DNA of 64,000 nucleotides. It comes from an uncultured Chloroflexia bacterium (lineage in GTDB: Bacteria > Chloroflexota > Anaerolineae > Anaerolineales > UBA4823). The first letter of the stretch is position 1. Each line of letters begins with the position of its first letter. The notes beneath the pieces are model-generated. The model was not told the origin of the DNA, did no database searches, and saw only the letters and a list, made by a program, of their open reading frames with translations. Position numbers and translations under genes: made by a program. Positions 39,746-48,634 of this stretch are shown here, piece by piece. The stretch covers positions 44,145-108,144 of the forward strand of contig CAVZNX010000017.1 in assembly GCA_963776795.1 (NCBI GenBank). Direction: 5' to 3'.

Positions 39746-39982
39746 ATGAGCCCAAGAAGAGGACCTAATCCCCCCGGACCGGTAGGCGGAGTTGGCCGGG
39801 GTCCGAACCCGCCTGGCCCGGTGGGCGGGGTTGGCCGGGGACCAAACCCCCCCGGACCTGTAGGCGGAGTTGGCCGTGGACCAAATCCCCCTGGTCCCGT
39901 CGGCGGAGTTGGCCGTGGACCAAATCCACTAGGACCCGTTGGTGGGGTTGGCAGGCGTAACGGCCCTGGACTTTTACGGTAA
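39746..39982 (+). CDS. 78-aa Gly/Pro-rich repeat protein, MSPRR-(GPNPPGPVGGVGR)x5-RNGPGLLR
   Basis: ATG 39746 with GAGGAGG 8 nt upstream, 38 nt after the preceding gene. Units differ only at third codon positions. Confidence 0.6.
   Translation: MSPRRGPNPPGPVGGVGRGPNPPGPVGGVGRGPNPPGPVGGVGRGPNPPGPVGGVGRGPNPLGPVGGVGRRNGPGLLR
39761..39955 (+). repeat. five head-to-tail 39-nt units
   Basis: Units at 39761, 39800, 39839, 39878 and 39917. Units 1-4 encode identical peptides with up to 8/39 nucleotide differences. Confidence 0.95.
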
Positions 39983-40237
39983 TCAGAGTACCGCAACCTG
40001 CCGATGGTCGATACTGAGAGAAGTCGGATCGAATTAAGGATCGCAGGTTGACGCAGAAGGTCAGATAAGAATACATCTCTATGGGTGGCGGTATCCTCAA
40101 AGGAAACCGCCACCCCGTGAGAAAGCTGACGGTGAGATGTACTTGATTACACATACAGTAGGCAAAGGCGAGGTCACGAACACTGAGAAGACATGAGTAT
40201 ATAAGCCTGGATATTTAGGTAAGGATTATTAATAATA

Positions 40238-40900
40238 ATGGCAGATACACAACGAGTGAATCGTTATGAACGCCAATGGCCCGTCGCCATCACAATTCTG
40301 GTGGTGATCGGGTTATTGGCGCTGCTGCCCGGGCGGATTAAATTATTCGCAGACTGGGTCCCATATGCGATCGGGGTCCTGGTAATCACACCCATCATTG
40401 CGGTTGAGTTGACCAAAGACAATGCTCACTGGATCCGTTTTGAGCGTATCGTCACAATATTCTTCATGTTCTTCATCGTGCCTGGCATGCTAATAATCCT
40501 GGCGAGTTTGATCCAGAAAATGATCCAACAATCCACCGAAATCGGCGGTCTGCAGCTTTTCGCATCAAGTATTGCTGTCTGGACAACCAACATCCTGGCC
40601 TTCTCCATGTTGTATTGGCAGATCGATAGCGATGGACCTGAAGCCCGTATGAATGCTTCAGGAAAGCGCCCTGATTTTCTCTTTTCTCAACAAAGTGCGC
40701 CTGCAGAGGCTGTGCCACCCAATTGGCGACCGAATTTTGTCGACTACCTGTACCTGAGCTTTACGACCGCCACGGCGTTTAGTCCTACAGATGTCTTACC
40801 GATGACATCGCGTGGCAAATTGCTGATGATGCTCAACAGCTCAATATCGCTGTTAACACTGGTCGTGGTCGCGGCACGAGCGATAAATATCTTGGGCTAA
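40238..40900 (+). CDS. DUF1345-like polytopic membrane protein
   Basis: 220 aa. ..FVDYLYLSFTTATAFSPTDV.. resembles the DUF1345 signature (from memory). Confidence 0.5.
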   Translation: MADTQRVNRYERQWPVAITILVVIGLLALLPGRIKLFADWVPYAIGVLVITPIIAVELTKDNAHWIRFERIVTIFFMFFIVPGMLIILASLIQKMIQQSTEIGGLQLFASSIAVWTTNILAFSMLYWQIDSDGPEARMNASGKRPDFLFSQQSAPAEAVPPNWRPNFVDYLYLSFTTATAFSPTDVLPMTSRGKLLMMLNSSISLLTLVVVAARAINILG

Positions 40901-41110
40901 CGAGGGAGATTAATGAGGATGTCATTTACACGTTCATCATATAATTATGGAAGCCTAAGCATGCTTACCCCGAGAGCGAATTGTAGGATTGTCGAAAAAT
41001 TTGCTTCCTGTGAGGCATCATCGATCGGCACAGACATTTTTTTCTTGCATATAAGAACTGAGATCAATAATTTTAGTTAAAATCCATTGGGAAAACCAAG
41101 GAGCAAAACG

Positions 41111-41794
41111 ATGAACCAGCCTTCGACCGTAGTTCGACCTAGTTTGACTTCACCACGGGCAGCAGCAATTGCCGGGATATTATTTTCTGTGTTGCTCCTC
41201 ACAAGCTTGATCCTCGTGCGGGTTTCGGTACCGTCCGATCTGCAGGATGCAGGAACCTGGCTTTCCGGCAATTGGAAAACAGTTGGTTTTGCATTAAATC
41301 TGCTGCCATTCGCAGGGATCGCATTTTTGTGGTTCATCGGTGTGGTGCGTGATCGTCTTGGAAACAGTGAAGACCGCCTCTTTGCCACAGTATTCCTGGG
41401 CAGTGGGCTCCTGTACCTGGCTATGCTGTTCTCCTCTGCAGCGGTAGCTGGTGTAATTATAAATATCTATGGGACTACCCCAAATCTTCTGATCTCGTCG
41501 GGTATCTACACTTTTGGCCGTACATTGACTTACGAGATCATTACGGTTTATACAATGAAAATGGCTGGAGTATTCATGATCACCACCTGCACCCTATCAC
41601 TGCGTACTGGGATCATCCCGCGCTGGATGGCATATCTTGGACTCGTGCTGGCATTGCTCCTGTTGCTTACGGTCAGCTTGTTTTACTGGGCCCCATTGGT
41701 ATTCCCGCTCTGGGTTCTGTTGATCAGCGTGCATATCTTGCTGACAAACCTACGCAAGCCTAAAAACGAACCAATCCCGGTTTCCCAGGGTTAA
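41111..41794 (+). CDS. polytopic membrane protein, unknown function
   Basis: ATG 41111 with AAGGAG SD inside ORF 41087..41794. Confidence 0.6.
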   Translation: MNQPSTVVRPSLTSPRAAAIAGILFSVLLLTSLILVRVSVPSDLQDAGTWLSGNWKTVGFALNLLPFAGIAFLWFIGVVRDRLGNSEDRLFATVFLGSGLLYLAMLFSSAAVAGVIINIYGTTPNLLISSGIYTFGRTLTYEIITVYTMKMAGVFMITTCTLSLRTGIIPRWMAYLGLVLALLLLLTVSLFYWAPLVFPLWVLLISVHILLTNLRKPKNEPIPVSQG

Positions 41795-41899
41795 AATGTC
41801 TGATATGGGCATCAGGGAGACAATTCTGCCAGGACATCCCCATTTTTCATGGCGAATTCTCAATGAGATAATGAAGAGAAATTAATCAGGAGGATTTTT

Positions 41900-42729
41900 A
41901 TGGAACAAGCAGCGGCTGCCCCTCGCCCAAAAAGCAATTCTTACACCATTTTTATCTTTGTCCTGACCATCATCTCCCTGGCCGTGATGGTGGTGATGTT
42001 GATACCAGGACTCGATGATGAAACCGTTCAAGGTGCTCGCATTCTACGACAATATTATCTGTGTTATTTTCCTGATCGACTTTTTCAACAACCTGAGGAA
42101 CTCTCCCAAGAAATCCGACTATTTTATCAAGGACCGCGGCTGGTTAGATCTGCTGGGCTCGATTCCTTCGCTAGGGCTTTTTACCAACGCGGGCAAATAT
42201 GCCGGCCTCTTCCGCCTGGCGCGGCTGAGTCGCCTGGCACGCATTGCACGACTGATGAAAGGTGGGGGAAAGGAAGCGTTAATCAAGGATGTGCTGGCGA
42301 ACCGAAGCCGCTACACTGGATTTATCACAATCCTAATGACCCTCATCGTCCTGACAACTTGCAGCGTGCTCGTATTGCAATTTGAAAGCAAGTCCCTGAT
42401 GCCAATATCACAAACTGGTTGGGATGCACTTTGGTATGCCGTTGTGACCATCACCACAGTGGGTTACGGTGACTTTTATCCCAAGACAGTGCTAGGTAGA
42501 ATTGCGGGAATGTTCATCATGTTTGCGGGCGTCGGCATCATCGGTGTATTGGCCAGCATTTTATCCAGCTTATTGGTTGGCGCGCCATCTACCCCTGCAG
42601 AGGAAGAAGCACCCGCAGCTAGTACCAGCAGTTGTGGCAAATGATGAGCTGGCTGAAATTAAAAATGAGCTGGCTGAGATGCGCCAGCTGTTAGAAAAAA
42701 TTGCTGTAGAAAAAGATCTGAAGGAGTAA
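41900..42729 (+). CDS. voltage-gated-type (6TM) K+ channel, interrupted by two apparent 1-nt insertions (about 42005-42040 and 42565-42640)
   Basis: S1 ([21 protein letters not shown]) is in ORF 41900... S2-S6 are in ORF 42015..42644 with S4 [18 protein letters not shown] and the selectivity filter TTVGYGD. The coiled-coil tail [21 protein letters not shown] is in ORF 42502..42729. Confidence 0.8.
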
Positions 42730-42774
42730 ACTGGAACTCGATTACCTTGCTTACCAGAGCTAATGGAGGAAAGC

Positions 42775-44061
42775 ATGATTGACCCACACGCAAAACTAAT
42801 ATCCTATCTTCGATTGATGTTATTGGTAGCTATTCTTGGGGCGGTCAGTGCAGTGATCACCTTTGTATTTATTGCCCTTGTGAACGTCATTACTGACCTG
42901 GTATGGAAACAAGCTCCAACCGCACTTGGGATAGACACCCGATTGTTCACCTTTGTGGTCTGTGCACTTGGTGGTTTGCTGGTGGGCTGGCTGGTGAAGA
43001 TCTTCGGAGATCATAATGCCATCTTTGCTGAGCTGATGCAAGAATTCGGGAAAACTGGGCGCTTTGACTACCGCCATGCACCCGGGATCGTGATCACTGC
43101 CTTTGTCTCTCTTATCTCGGGTGGCAGCCTCGGGCCTGAAGCACCACTGGCGGATGCCTGCGGTGGGATGGGGACATTGGCTGCGGAAAAGCTCAAGCTC
43201 GACGAGCAGCAGACGCGCACATTGGGTTATGGTGGTTTAAGTGCCATGCTGGGTGCTTTTGTCACCAATCCGTTTGGCGGGGCATTATTAAGTTTAGAGT
43301 CAGCCCAAGGTGGAGCGACGGGTGCTATGCTCTATTTTTGGACGCTCTTTCCCGCCCTGCTTGCATCGGCAGTGGCTACGATGGTCTTTGTTGGATTAAC
43401 AGGGAGCTTTATGGGTGTGTTATTCTCTTTTCCTGATTATGTGCCGGTGGTTAAAGATCTGATCATAGCTATCCCATACAGCCTGGTGGGAGGCCTGGCG
43501 GGTGTGCTGTTTATGCTCATGTTTAAATGGCTGCGGAAGCTGATGCAGCCCATGAAGAGCCATGTGGTGTGGCGCGGGTTGATCGGTGGTTTGGGTATGG
43601 GGATCATCGGCGTGTTGTTACCGCTGACCCTGTTTTCAGGGGAAGAACAAACTGGCGAGATGATCGAACAAGCGGCTGAGATCGGTGTGATTATGCTGAT
43701 CGTACTGGCGATTGCAAAAATATTTTCCACCTCCCTCCTGCTGGCAACCGGATGGAAAGGTGGCTATATCTTCCCGATCATGTTCGCCGGGGTCGCGCTG
43801 GGAATGGCAGGCCACCTGCTATTTCCTGCAACTCCAGTTGCAGTGACTGTGGCGGCCACATTGGCAGGTGCCCTGGTGGCCTCCTTGAAAGCGCCATTGT
43901 TTGCAGCGCTCTTCACCCTGGCACTGGTGCAGGCAGAAACAGCACCGGTGGTTGCAGTCGCCGTGATCATTAGCGCGTTAATGGTCGCAATTCTAGGAAT
44001 GCGCGAAGCCCGGGCACAAGCCCAGGCACAGGCTGAAGTAAAGACAGCCGATATTTCATAA
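42775..44061 (+). CDS. ClC-family chloride channel/transporter
   Basis: ORF from 42763; the ATG at 42775 has the GGAGGAAAGC SD. GGSLGPEAP and GGYIFP ClC motifs. Confidence 0.85.
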   Translation: MIDPHAKLISYLRLMLLVAILGAVSAVITFVFIALVNVITDLVWKQAPTALGIDTRLFTFVVCALGGLLVGWLVKIFGDHNAIFAELMQEFGKTGRFDYRHAPGIVITAFVSLISGGSLGPEAPLADACGGMGTLAAEKLKLDEQQTRTLGYGGLSAMLGAFVTNPFGGALLSLESAQGGATGAMLYFWTLFPALLASAVATMVFVGLTGSFMGVLFSFPDYVPVVKDLIIAIPYSLVGGLAGVLFMLMFKWLRKLMQPMKSHVVWRGLIGGLGMGIIGVLLPLTLFSGEEQTGEMIEQAAEIGVIMLIVLAIAKIFSTSLLLATGWKGGYIFPIMFAGVALGMAGHLLFPATPVAVTVAATLAGALVASLKAPLFAALFTLALVQAETAPVVAVAVIISALMVAILGMREARAQAQAQAEVKTADIS

Positions 44062-44076
44062 TCAGGATAAGGTGAT

Positions 44077-45831
44077 ATGGCAACCCAATCAATCGGAGAC
44101 CCAAAAGCTGCAAGTAAATTAAGCCGGTTCATACCCATCCTGGCATGGCTGCCGCGTTACAACCGGACATGGCTGGTGGCTGACATCATTGCTGGCCTGA
44201 CGCTATGGGGCTTGGTTGTTCCAGAAGGCATGGCCTATGCGGGGGTGGCTGGCTTGCCTGCGCAAGCAGGCTTATATACGCTGGTCGCTTCCCTGTTCAT
44301 CTATGCCTTGTTCGGTTCCTCGCGCCATCTATCCGTTGGAGCGACCTCTGCCACAGCGGCTTTGATCGCCTCCACCGTGATTGCCCTAGGCGCAACCACA
44401 GCGGATATGACAACCTACTATGCCTATGCTGTGGCCCTTGTCCTGGTCGTGGGTTTGGTTTTCCTGGTGGCAGGTGTAGCGCGCCTGGGCTGGGTGACCC
44501 AGTTCCTGTCCAAACCGGTCATGGATGGATTCGTCACCGGCTTAGCGATCTTCGTGGCAGTGGGGCAGCTTAACAAATTATTTGGGGTTGAAAAAGGCGA
44601 AGGGAATGTCTTTGAGAAGTTTTTCTATATCATCAAGCAGCTCCCCGAAGCCAATTGGATGACATTTGCAGTGGGGGCTATAGCCCTGGCACTATTGTTT
44701 GTGCTGCCACGCTGGAATAAGAAGATCCCAGCCGGTTTGGTGGTGCTATTCGCTTCTATTGCAGTAAGCTCTATCTTCAAGCTGAATGCGAATTATGGAG
44801 TAGCAGTGGCAGGAGTGCTACCCCAGGGCTTGCCAAGCCTGGCATTTCCGAAGGTGCCACTGAATACCATGTTGGAAATGATCCTGCCCGCGATTGGAAT
44901 TTTCCTTGTAGCCTACAGCGAGGCCCTGGGCGTGGCGCGCGAGTTCGGTGAAAAACACCATTATGATGTCGACCCGAACCAGGAGCTGAATGCCCACGCA
45001 ATTACCAATATAGCCAGTGGCATGTTCGGCGGCATGATCGCGGCTGGGAGCATGTCTTGCTCTGCTGTTAAGGAAGGGGCAGGCGGGCGGTCACAAATCA
45101 CCAATCTTGTCGCCTGGGTAGTGACCCTGGTGACACTACTTTTCCTGACCCCCTTATTTACCAACCTGCCCGAGGCGGTACTGGCGGCATTGATCATCCA
45201 CGCCATCTGGCACATCATCGCGGCACGAAAATTGGCAAAGATCCAATTGGTTTCACGGACGGAGTTCTGGTTAGGGCTGCTCACCCTAGCGGGCGTGCTT
45301 TTTATCGATGTCTTGCAAGGCATGATCATTGGCCTGGTAGCTTCTATATTATTGGTCATCTACCAATCAAGCCGGCCACACGTGGCTTCTCTTGGCCGAG
45401 TACCGGGAATTCCAGGTGCTTACTCAGACCTAAACCGTCACCCTGAGAACCTCAGGATCCCGGGTATCTTAATAGTGCGTCTGGATGCACCGATATACTA
45501 CGCAAACGCCTTGACAGTACGGGAGTCGGTTAAGAATATGGTTGCTGAAACCCAGCCTGCACCTTACGCGGTGGTGATGGATGCTGCCGGGCAGGACTCT
45601 CTGGATATCACCAGTGCAGAAGCGTTGAAAGGACTTTTTGGTGAGCTGAGAGAAAAGGGAATTGAGTATTATATTGCTGAGGTGCACGCACCGGTACTAG
45701 AATCCGGTAAGCGGTTGGGCATGGTTGAGTTGATCGGTGAAGATCACATATTCCCAACGGTTGAGACCGCGATACGTTTCATTGAAAAGAAGGATAAGCC
45801 TGTCCAAGAAAGACCGGCTGAGTCAATTTGA
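44077..45831 (+). CDS. SulP-family anion transporter with STAS domain (2 of 3)
   Basis: 584 aa; same architecture as 34888..36609. Confidence 0.85.
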   Translation: MATQSIGDPKAASKLSRFIPILAWLPRYNRTWLVADIIAGLTLWGLVVPEGMAYAGVAGLPAQAGLYTLVASLFIYALFGSSRHLSVGATSATAALIASTVIALGATTADMTTYYAYAVALVLVVGLVFLVAGVARLGWVTQFLSKPVMDGFVTGLAIFVAVGQLNKLFGVEKGEGNVFEKFFYIIKQLPEANWMTFAVGAIALALLFVLPRWNKKIPAGLVVLFASIAVSSIFKLNANYGVAVAGVLPQGLPSLAFPKVPLNTMLEMILPAIGIFLVAYSEALGVAREFGEKHHYDVDPNQELNAHAITNIASGMFGGMIAAGSMSCSAVKEGAGGRSQITNLVAWVVTLVTLLFLTPLFTNLPEAVLAALIIHAIWHIIAARKLAKIQLVSRTEFWLGLLTLAGVLFIDVLQGMIIGLVASILLVIYQSSRPHVASLGRVPGIPGAYSDLNRHPENLRIPGILIVRLDAPIYYANALTVRESVKNMVAETQPAPYAVVMDAAGQDSLDITSAEALKGLFGELREKGIEYYIAEVHAPVLESGKRLGMVELIGEDHIFPTVETAIRFIEKKDKPVQERPAESI

Positions 45832-45862
45832 TCCAATCATACCGGCACATGGAGAAAACTGA

Positions 45863-46972
45863 ATGGAAAATATAAAAGGACGGGGTGTCGTTTATTTGGT
45901 AGCATTTGCCAGTATCTTTATTGTTTTGTTCGGTATCCGCGCCTCGGCTTCAATCCTAAATCCGATCCTGCTTGCTGCGGTGATCACCGTCACCGTTCTA
46001 CCAATCCCTGGCCGTCTAAAAAAGCGCGGCTTACCGGGTTGGCTCTCCCTGGTGCTGAGCATCCTGCTGGTCGTTGCGATCTTGTTACTGGTCATCGGTA
46101 CGATCTTCTTTTCAGTCGCCAAGCTATCCACTGAGCTTCCGGCATTACTGGCGGACGGTTCGGAGCAGGCTGCTGAAGACCTTTCCTCGACTGGAACTAC
46201 GACAATACAGATAGAGCAGGTGACCACATCGATTGGCCCGATCGCGCAGGGCGCGTTGACGGCGGTGATGAATATTTTAGTGACATTCGGATTAGCTCTG
46301 GTGATATTCTTCTTTATGATCAGTGCTGCTTTGGCCTTGCCTACCCCATCCCGTATGGGCCTGGATCCGGGTTCGTCGATCATCAGCCGCATCTCTGAGC
46401 TCACCGAAGATGTACGCAAGTATATGACCGTCCTGACCGGGATAAATTTCCTGGTGGGATTGGGGGATACGATATTTCTTCTCATCATGGGAGTACCATA
46501 CGCGTTATTATGGGGATTGCTGGCGTGGTTCATGGGTTATATCCCATCGATCGGGTTCTTGATCGCCTTAATACCACCCGTCCTGATGGCTTATGCGTTG
46601 TATGGTTTTCAGACTGCCTTGATCGTCGCGATCGGATATATCTTGATCAATGGTGGAATACAAAACTTTATTCAACCAAAGATCATGGGGGACAAGCTTA
46701 ATGTCTCACCATTGATCGTTTTTATTGGATTGTTCATTTGGGGCTACCTGCTGGGGGGGATCGGCGCCATCCTGGCCGTCCCCATGACCATGCTGGTGAT
46801 CATCATCATGGAAAATTTCCCAGCTACGCGCCCGGTCGCGATCTTGATGCGCTACACGGGTGAGGACAAAAAAGAAGAGAGGGAAGAGGCGGCAGAACAT
46901 GTAAAAAGCCTGTGGGGAAAGGCAAAAGAAACGTTACACGCCGACCGTGAGTCGAAGGATATACCAAAGTGA
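45863..46972 (+). CDS. AI-2E family transporter (third in window)
   Basis: 369 aa. ..INGGIQNFIQPKIMGDKLNVSPL.. segment. Confidence 0.85.
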   Translation: MENIKGRGVVYLVAFASIFIVLFGIRASASILNPILLAAVITVTVLPIPGRLKKRGLPGWLSLVLSILLVVAILLLVIGTIFFSVAKLSTELPALLADGSEQAAEDLSSTGTTTIQIEQVTTSIGPIAQGALTAVMNILVTFGLALVIFFFMISAALALPTPSRMGLDPGSSIISRISELTEDVRKYMTVLTGINFLVGLGDTIFLLIMGVPYALLWGLLAWFMGYIPSIGFLIALIPPVLMAYALYGFQTALIVAIGYILINGGIQNFIQPKIMGDKLNVSPLIVFIGLFIWGYLLGGIGAILAVPMTMLVIIIMENFPATRPVAILMRYTGEDKKEEREEAAEHVKSLWGKAKETLHADRESKDIPK

Positions 46973-47211
46973 CCCACTCAATACGTTCAGCCTGGCTCTG
47001 CATTTGGAAAAAAGCAGAAGGGTTGGGCTTTTATCCATACACAATAGCACCGGTTTTGCTGTTGTATACTGACAACCAGGTAGCGCCTGTGATCTTTACA
47101 AGGTAAGCGTTGGTTGTCTGAGTTAAATTCATATTTCAATATTTGGGAGCACAGAGCTGGACATAATATTAAAGGTTTCAAACTGAGCATTGGCTGCCCA
47201 AGGAGAGTGAT

Positions 47212-48561
47212 ATGAAAACACGGAAGATGAGAAGAGTGGCTGCCCGATACCGATGGGATCGGATGAAGGTGAGTTTTTGGTTTGCTCCAGTGGTCATGTC
47301 GATCGGAGCTGTTCTGCTTGCATGGTTAATGTATGAAATTGATAGTTTAATCCCTAATGATCAATTAGCGAACAGCCACTTCATCCTTTCCGGTATGCCA
47401 GGTGAGTTGCGTACTGTACTGATAGGCATGGCAACCACCATCCTGGCAACCGCCGGTGTGGTATTTACATTGCTCACACTGCCCCTTTCAACGGTCGCTG
47501 CCCAATACGGCTCACGCTTATTAAGGGTTTTCCTGGGCGATCGCACCACTCAGCTCGTCTTGGGAACGTTTGTGGCAACATTTGTTTATTGCCTGGCAGC
47601 AGCCCTATCCATTCTTCCAACGATGGTAGAGCCATACGCTCCTCAGCTTACTGTAACGGTCGGTCTGTTCTTGACGCTGGCATCATTTGGCTCGCTGATC
47701 TTGTTGGTTCAACACATCAGCACAATGCTCCAAGCGCCGAATATTGCCGCGGCTGCGGGTAGTGAATTGCGGGATGTTGTCCTGGCAGAGGTACCCGTAC
47801 AGGTCATCCCCGGTGATAATTGCATGGAAGGGTCAAAGCTTACCGATGAAACGCTGGTCGAAACGGCAGGCTATCCCATCTGTGTAAGGCAGTCAGGCTC
47901 CATCCAATATATTGATCCAGAATACATCATCGAACTTGCGAGGGAACATAACCTGGTCATCCGGCTGCTACGTAAACCTGGCGATATCGTGTGGCGTGAT
48001 GATCGGGTCGCTTTAGTGTGGCCGGCTAAGCATGTCGATGAGGACCTGGAGCATCAAATCCGGAATGCATTCCGGATCGGGAACGGTCGCACACCTACCC
48101 AGGATGTCGTTTATGCCTTCAACCAGCTTGTCGAAATGGCAGTGCGTGCCATGTCCCCAGCAATCAACGACCCATTTACAGCGATGACCTGCCTGAATTA
48201 TATCGGTGAGGGGCTGGCGCTATTTATTAAACAGGGTGAGAAAAGCCCATGTTTATATGACCAGGATCATCAGCTGCGCCTGATCCTACAACCGGTCACC
48301 TTCACAGAACTGCTCGACAATGCATTCACGATGATCCGCCATGCCAGCTGCGACAATGCGACCGTCTTGCTGCATATGTTGGAGGTGATCCAAACAATTG
48401 GTCTGGATGTGAATTCAACAGGACCGAAACTTGAATTACTTCGTCACTTAGACCTGATCCGAGAAGAGACAACAGCTGGATCGATTGTAGGCTCGGATCG
48501 GGAGCAAATTTATCAGCGATGCACGGATTTGGCCAGCTCACTTAAAGCCAATATATCCTGA
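47212..48561 (+). CDS. DUF2254-like membrane protein
   Basis: 449 aa with four N-terminal TM segments and a large soluble C-terminal domain. Family name from memory. Confidence 0.55.
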   Translation: MKTRKMRRVAARYRWDRMKVSFWFAPVVMSIGAVLLAWLMYEIDSLIPNDQLANSHFILSGMPGELRTVLIGMATTILATAGVVFTLLTLPLSTVAAQYGSRLLRVFLGDRTTQLVLGTFVATFVYCLAAALSILPTMVEPYAPQLTVTVGLFLTLASFGSLILLVQHISTMLQAPNIAAAAGSELRDVVLAEVPVQVIPGDNCMEGSKLTDETLVETAGYPICVRQSGSIQYIDPEYIIELAREHNLVIRLLRKPGDIVWRDDRVALVWPAKHVDEDLEHQIRNAFRIGNGRTPTQDVVYAFNQLVEMAVRAMSPAINDPFTAMTCLNYIGEGLALFIKQGEKSPCLYDQDHQLRLILQPVTFTELLDNAFTMIRHASCDNATVLLHMLEVIQTIGLDVNSTGPKLELLRHLDLIREETTAGSIVGSDREQIYQRCTDLASSLKANIS

Positions 48562-48634
48562 AGGAATATTTTAATACTTATACCGGCTGACAATGTGATC
48601 GTTCATAAAATACCTCTATCCTATCAGGGATAGT

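Noticed and set aside
39761-39955. CRISPR-like array
   Set aside because: The units are contiguous with no spacers, are in frame, and are translated as a peptide repeat. No cas genes are present.
39682-40154. Minus-strand ORFs 39682..40113 (143 aa) and 39765..40154 (129 aa) across the 39-nt repeats
   Set aside because: They exist because Gly/Pro codons are stop-free on the reverse strand. They have a GTG start or none with an SD, overlap the 3' end of the DUF6325 gene, and run against 50 kb of plus-strand genes. The 39682 frame does share third positions with the plus frame, so it cannot be excluded by substitution pattern alone.
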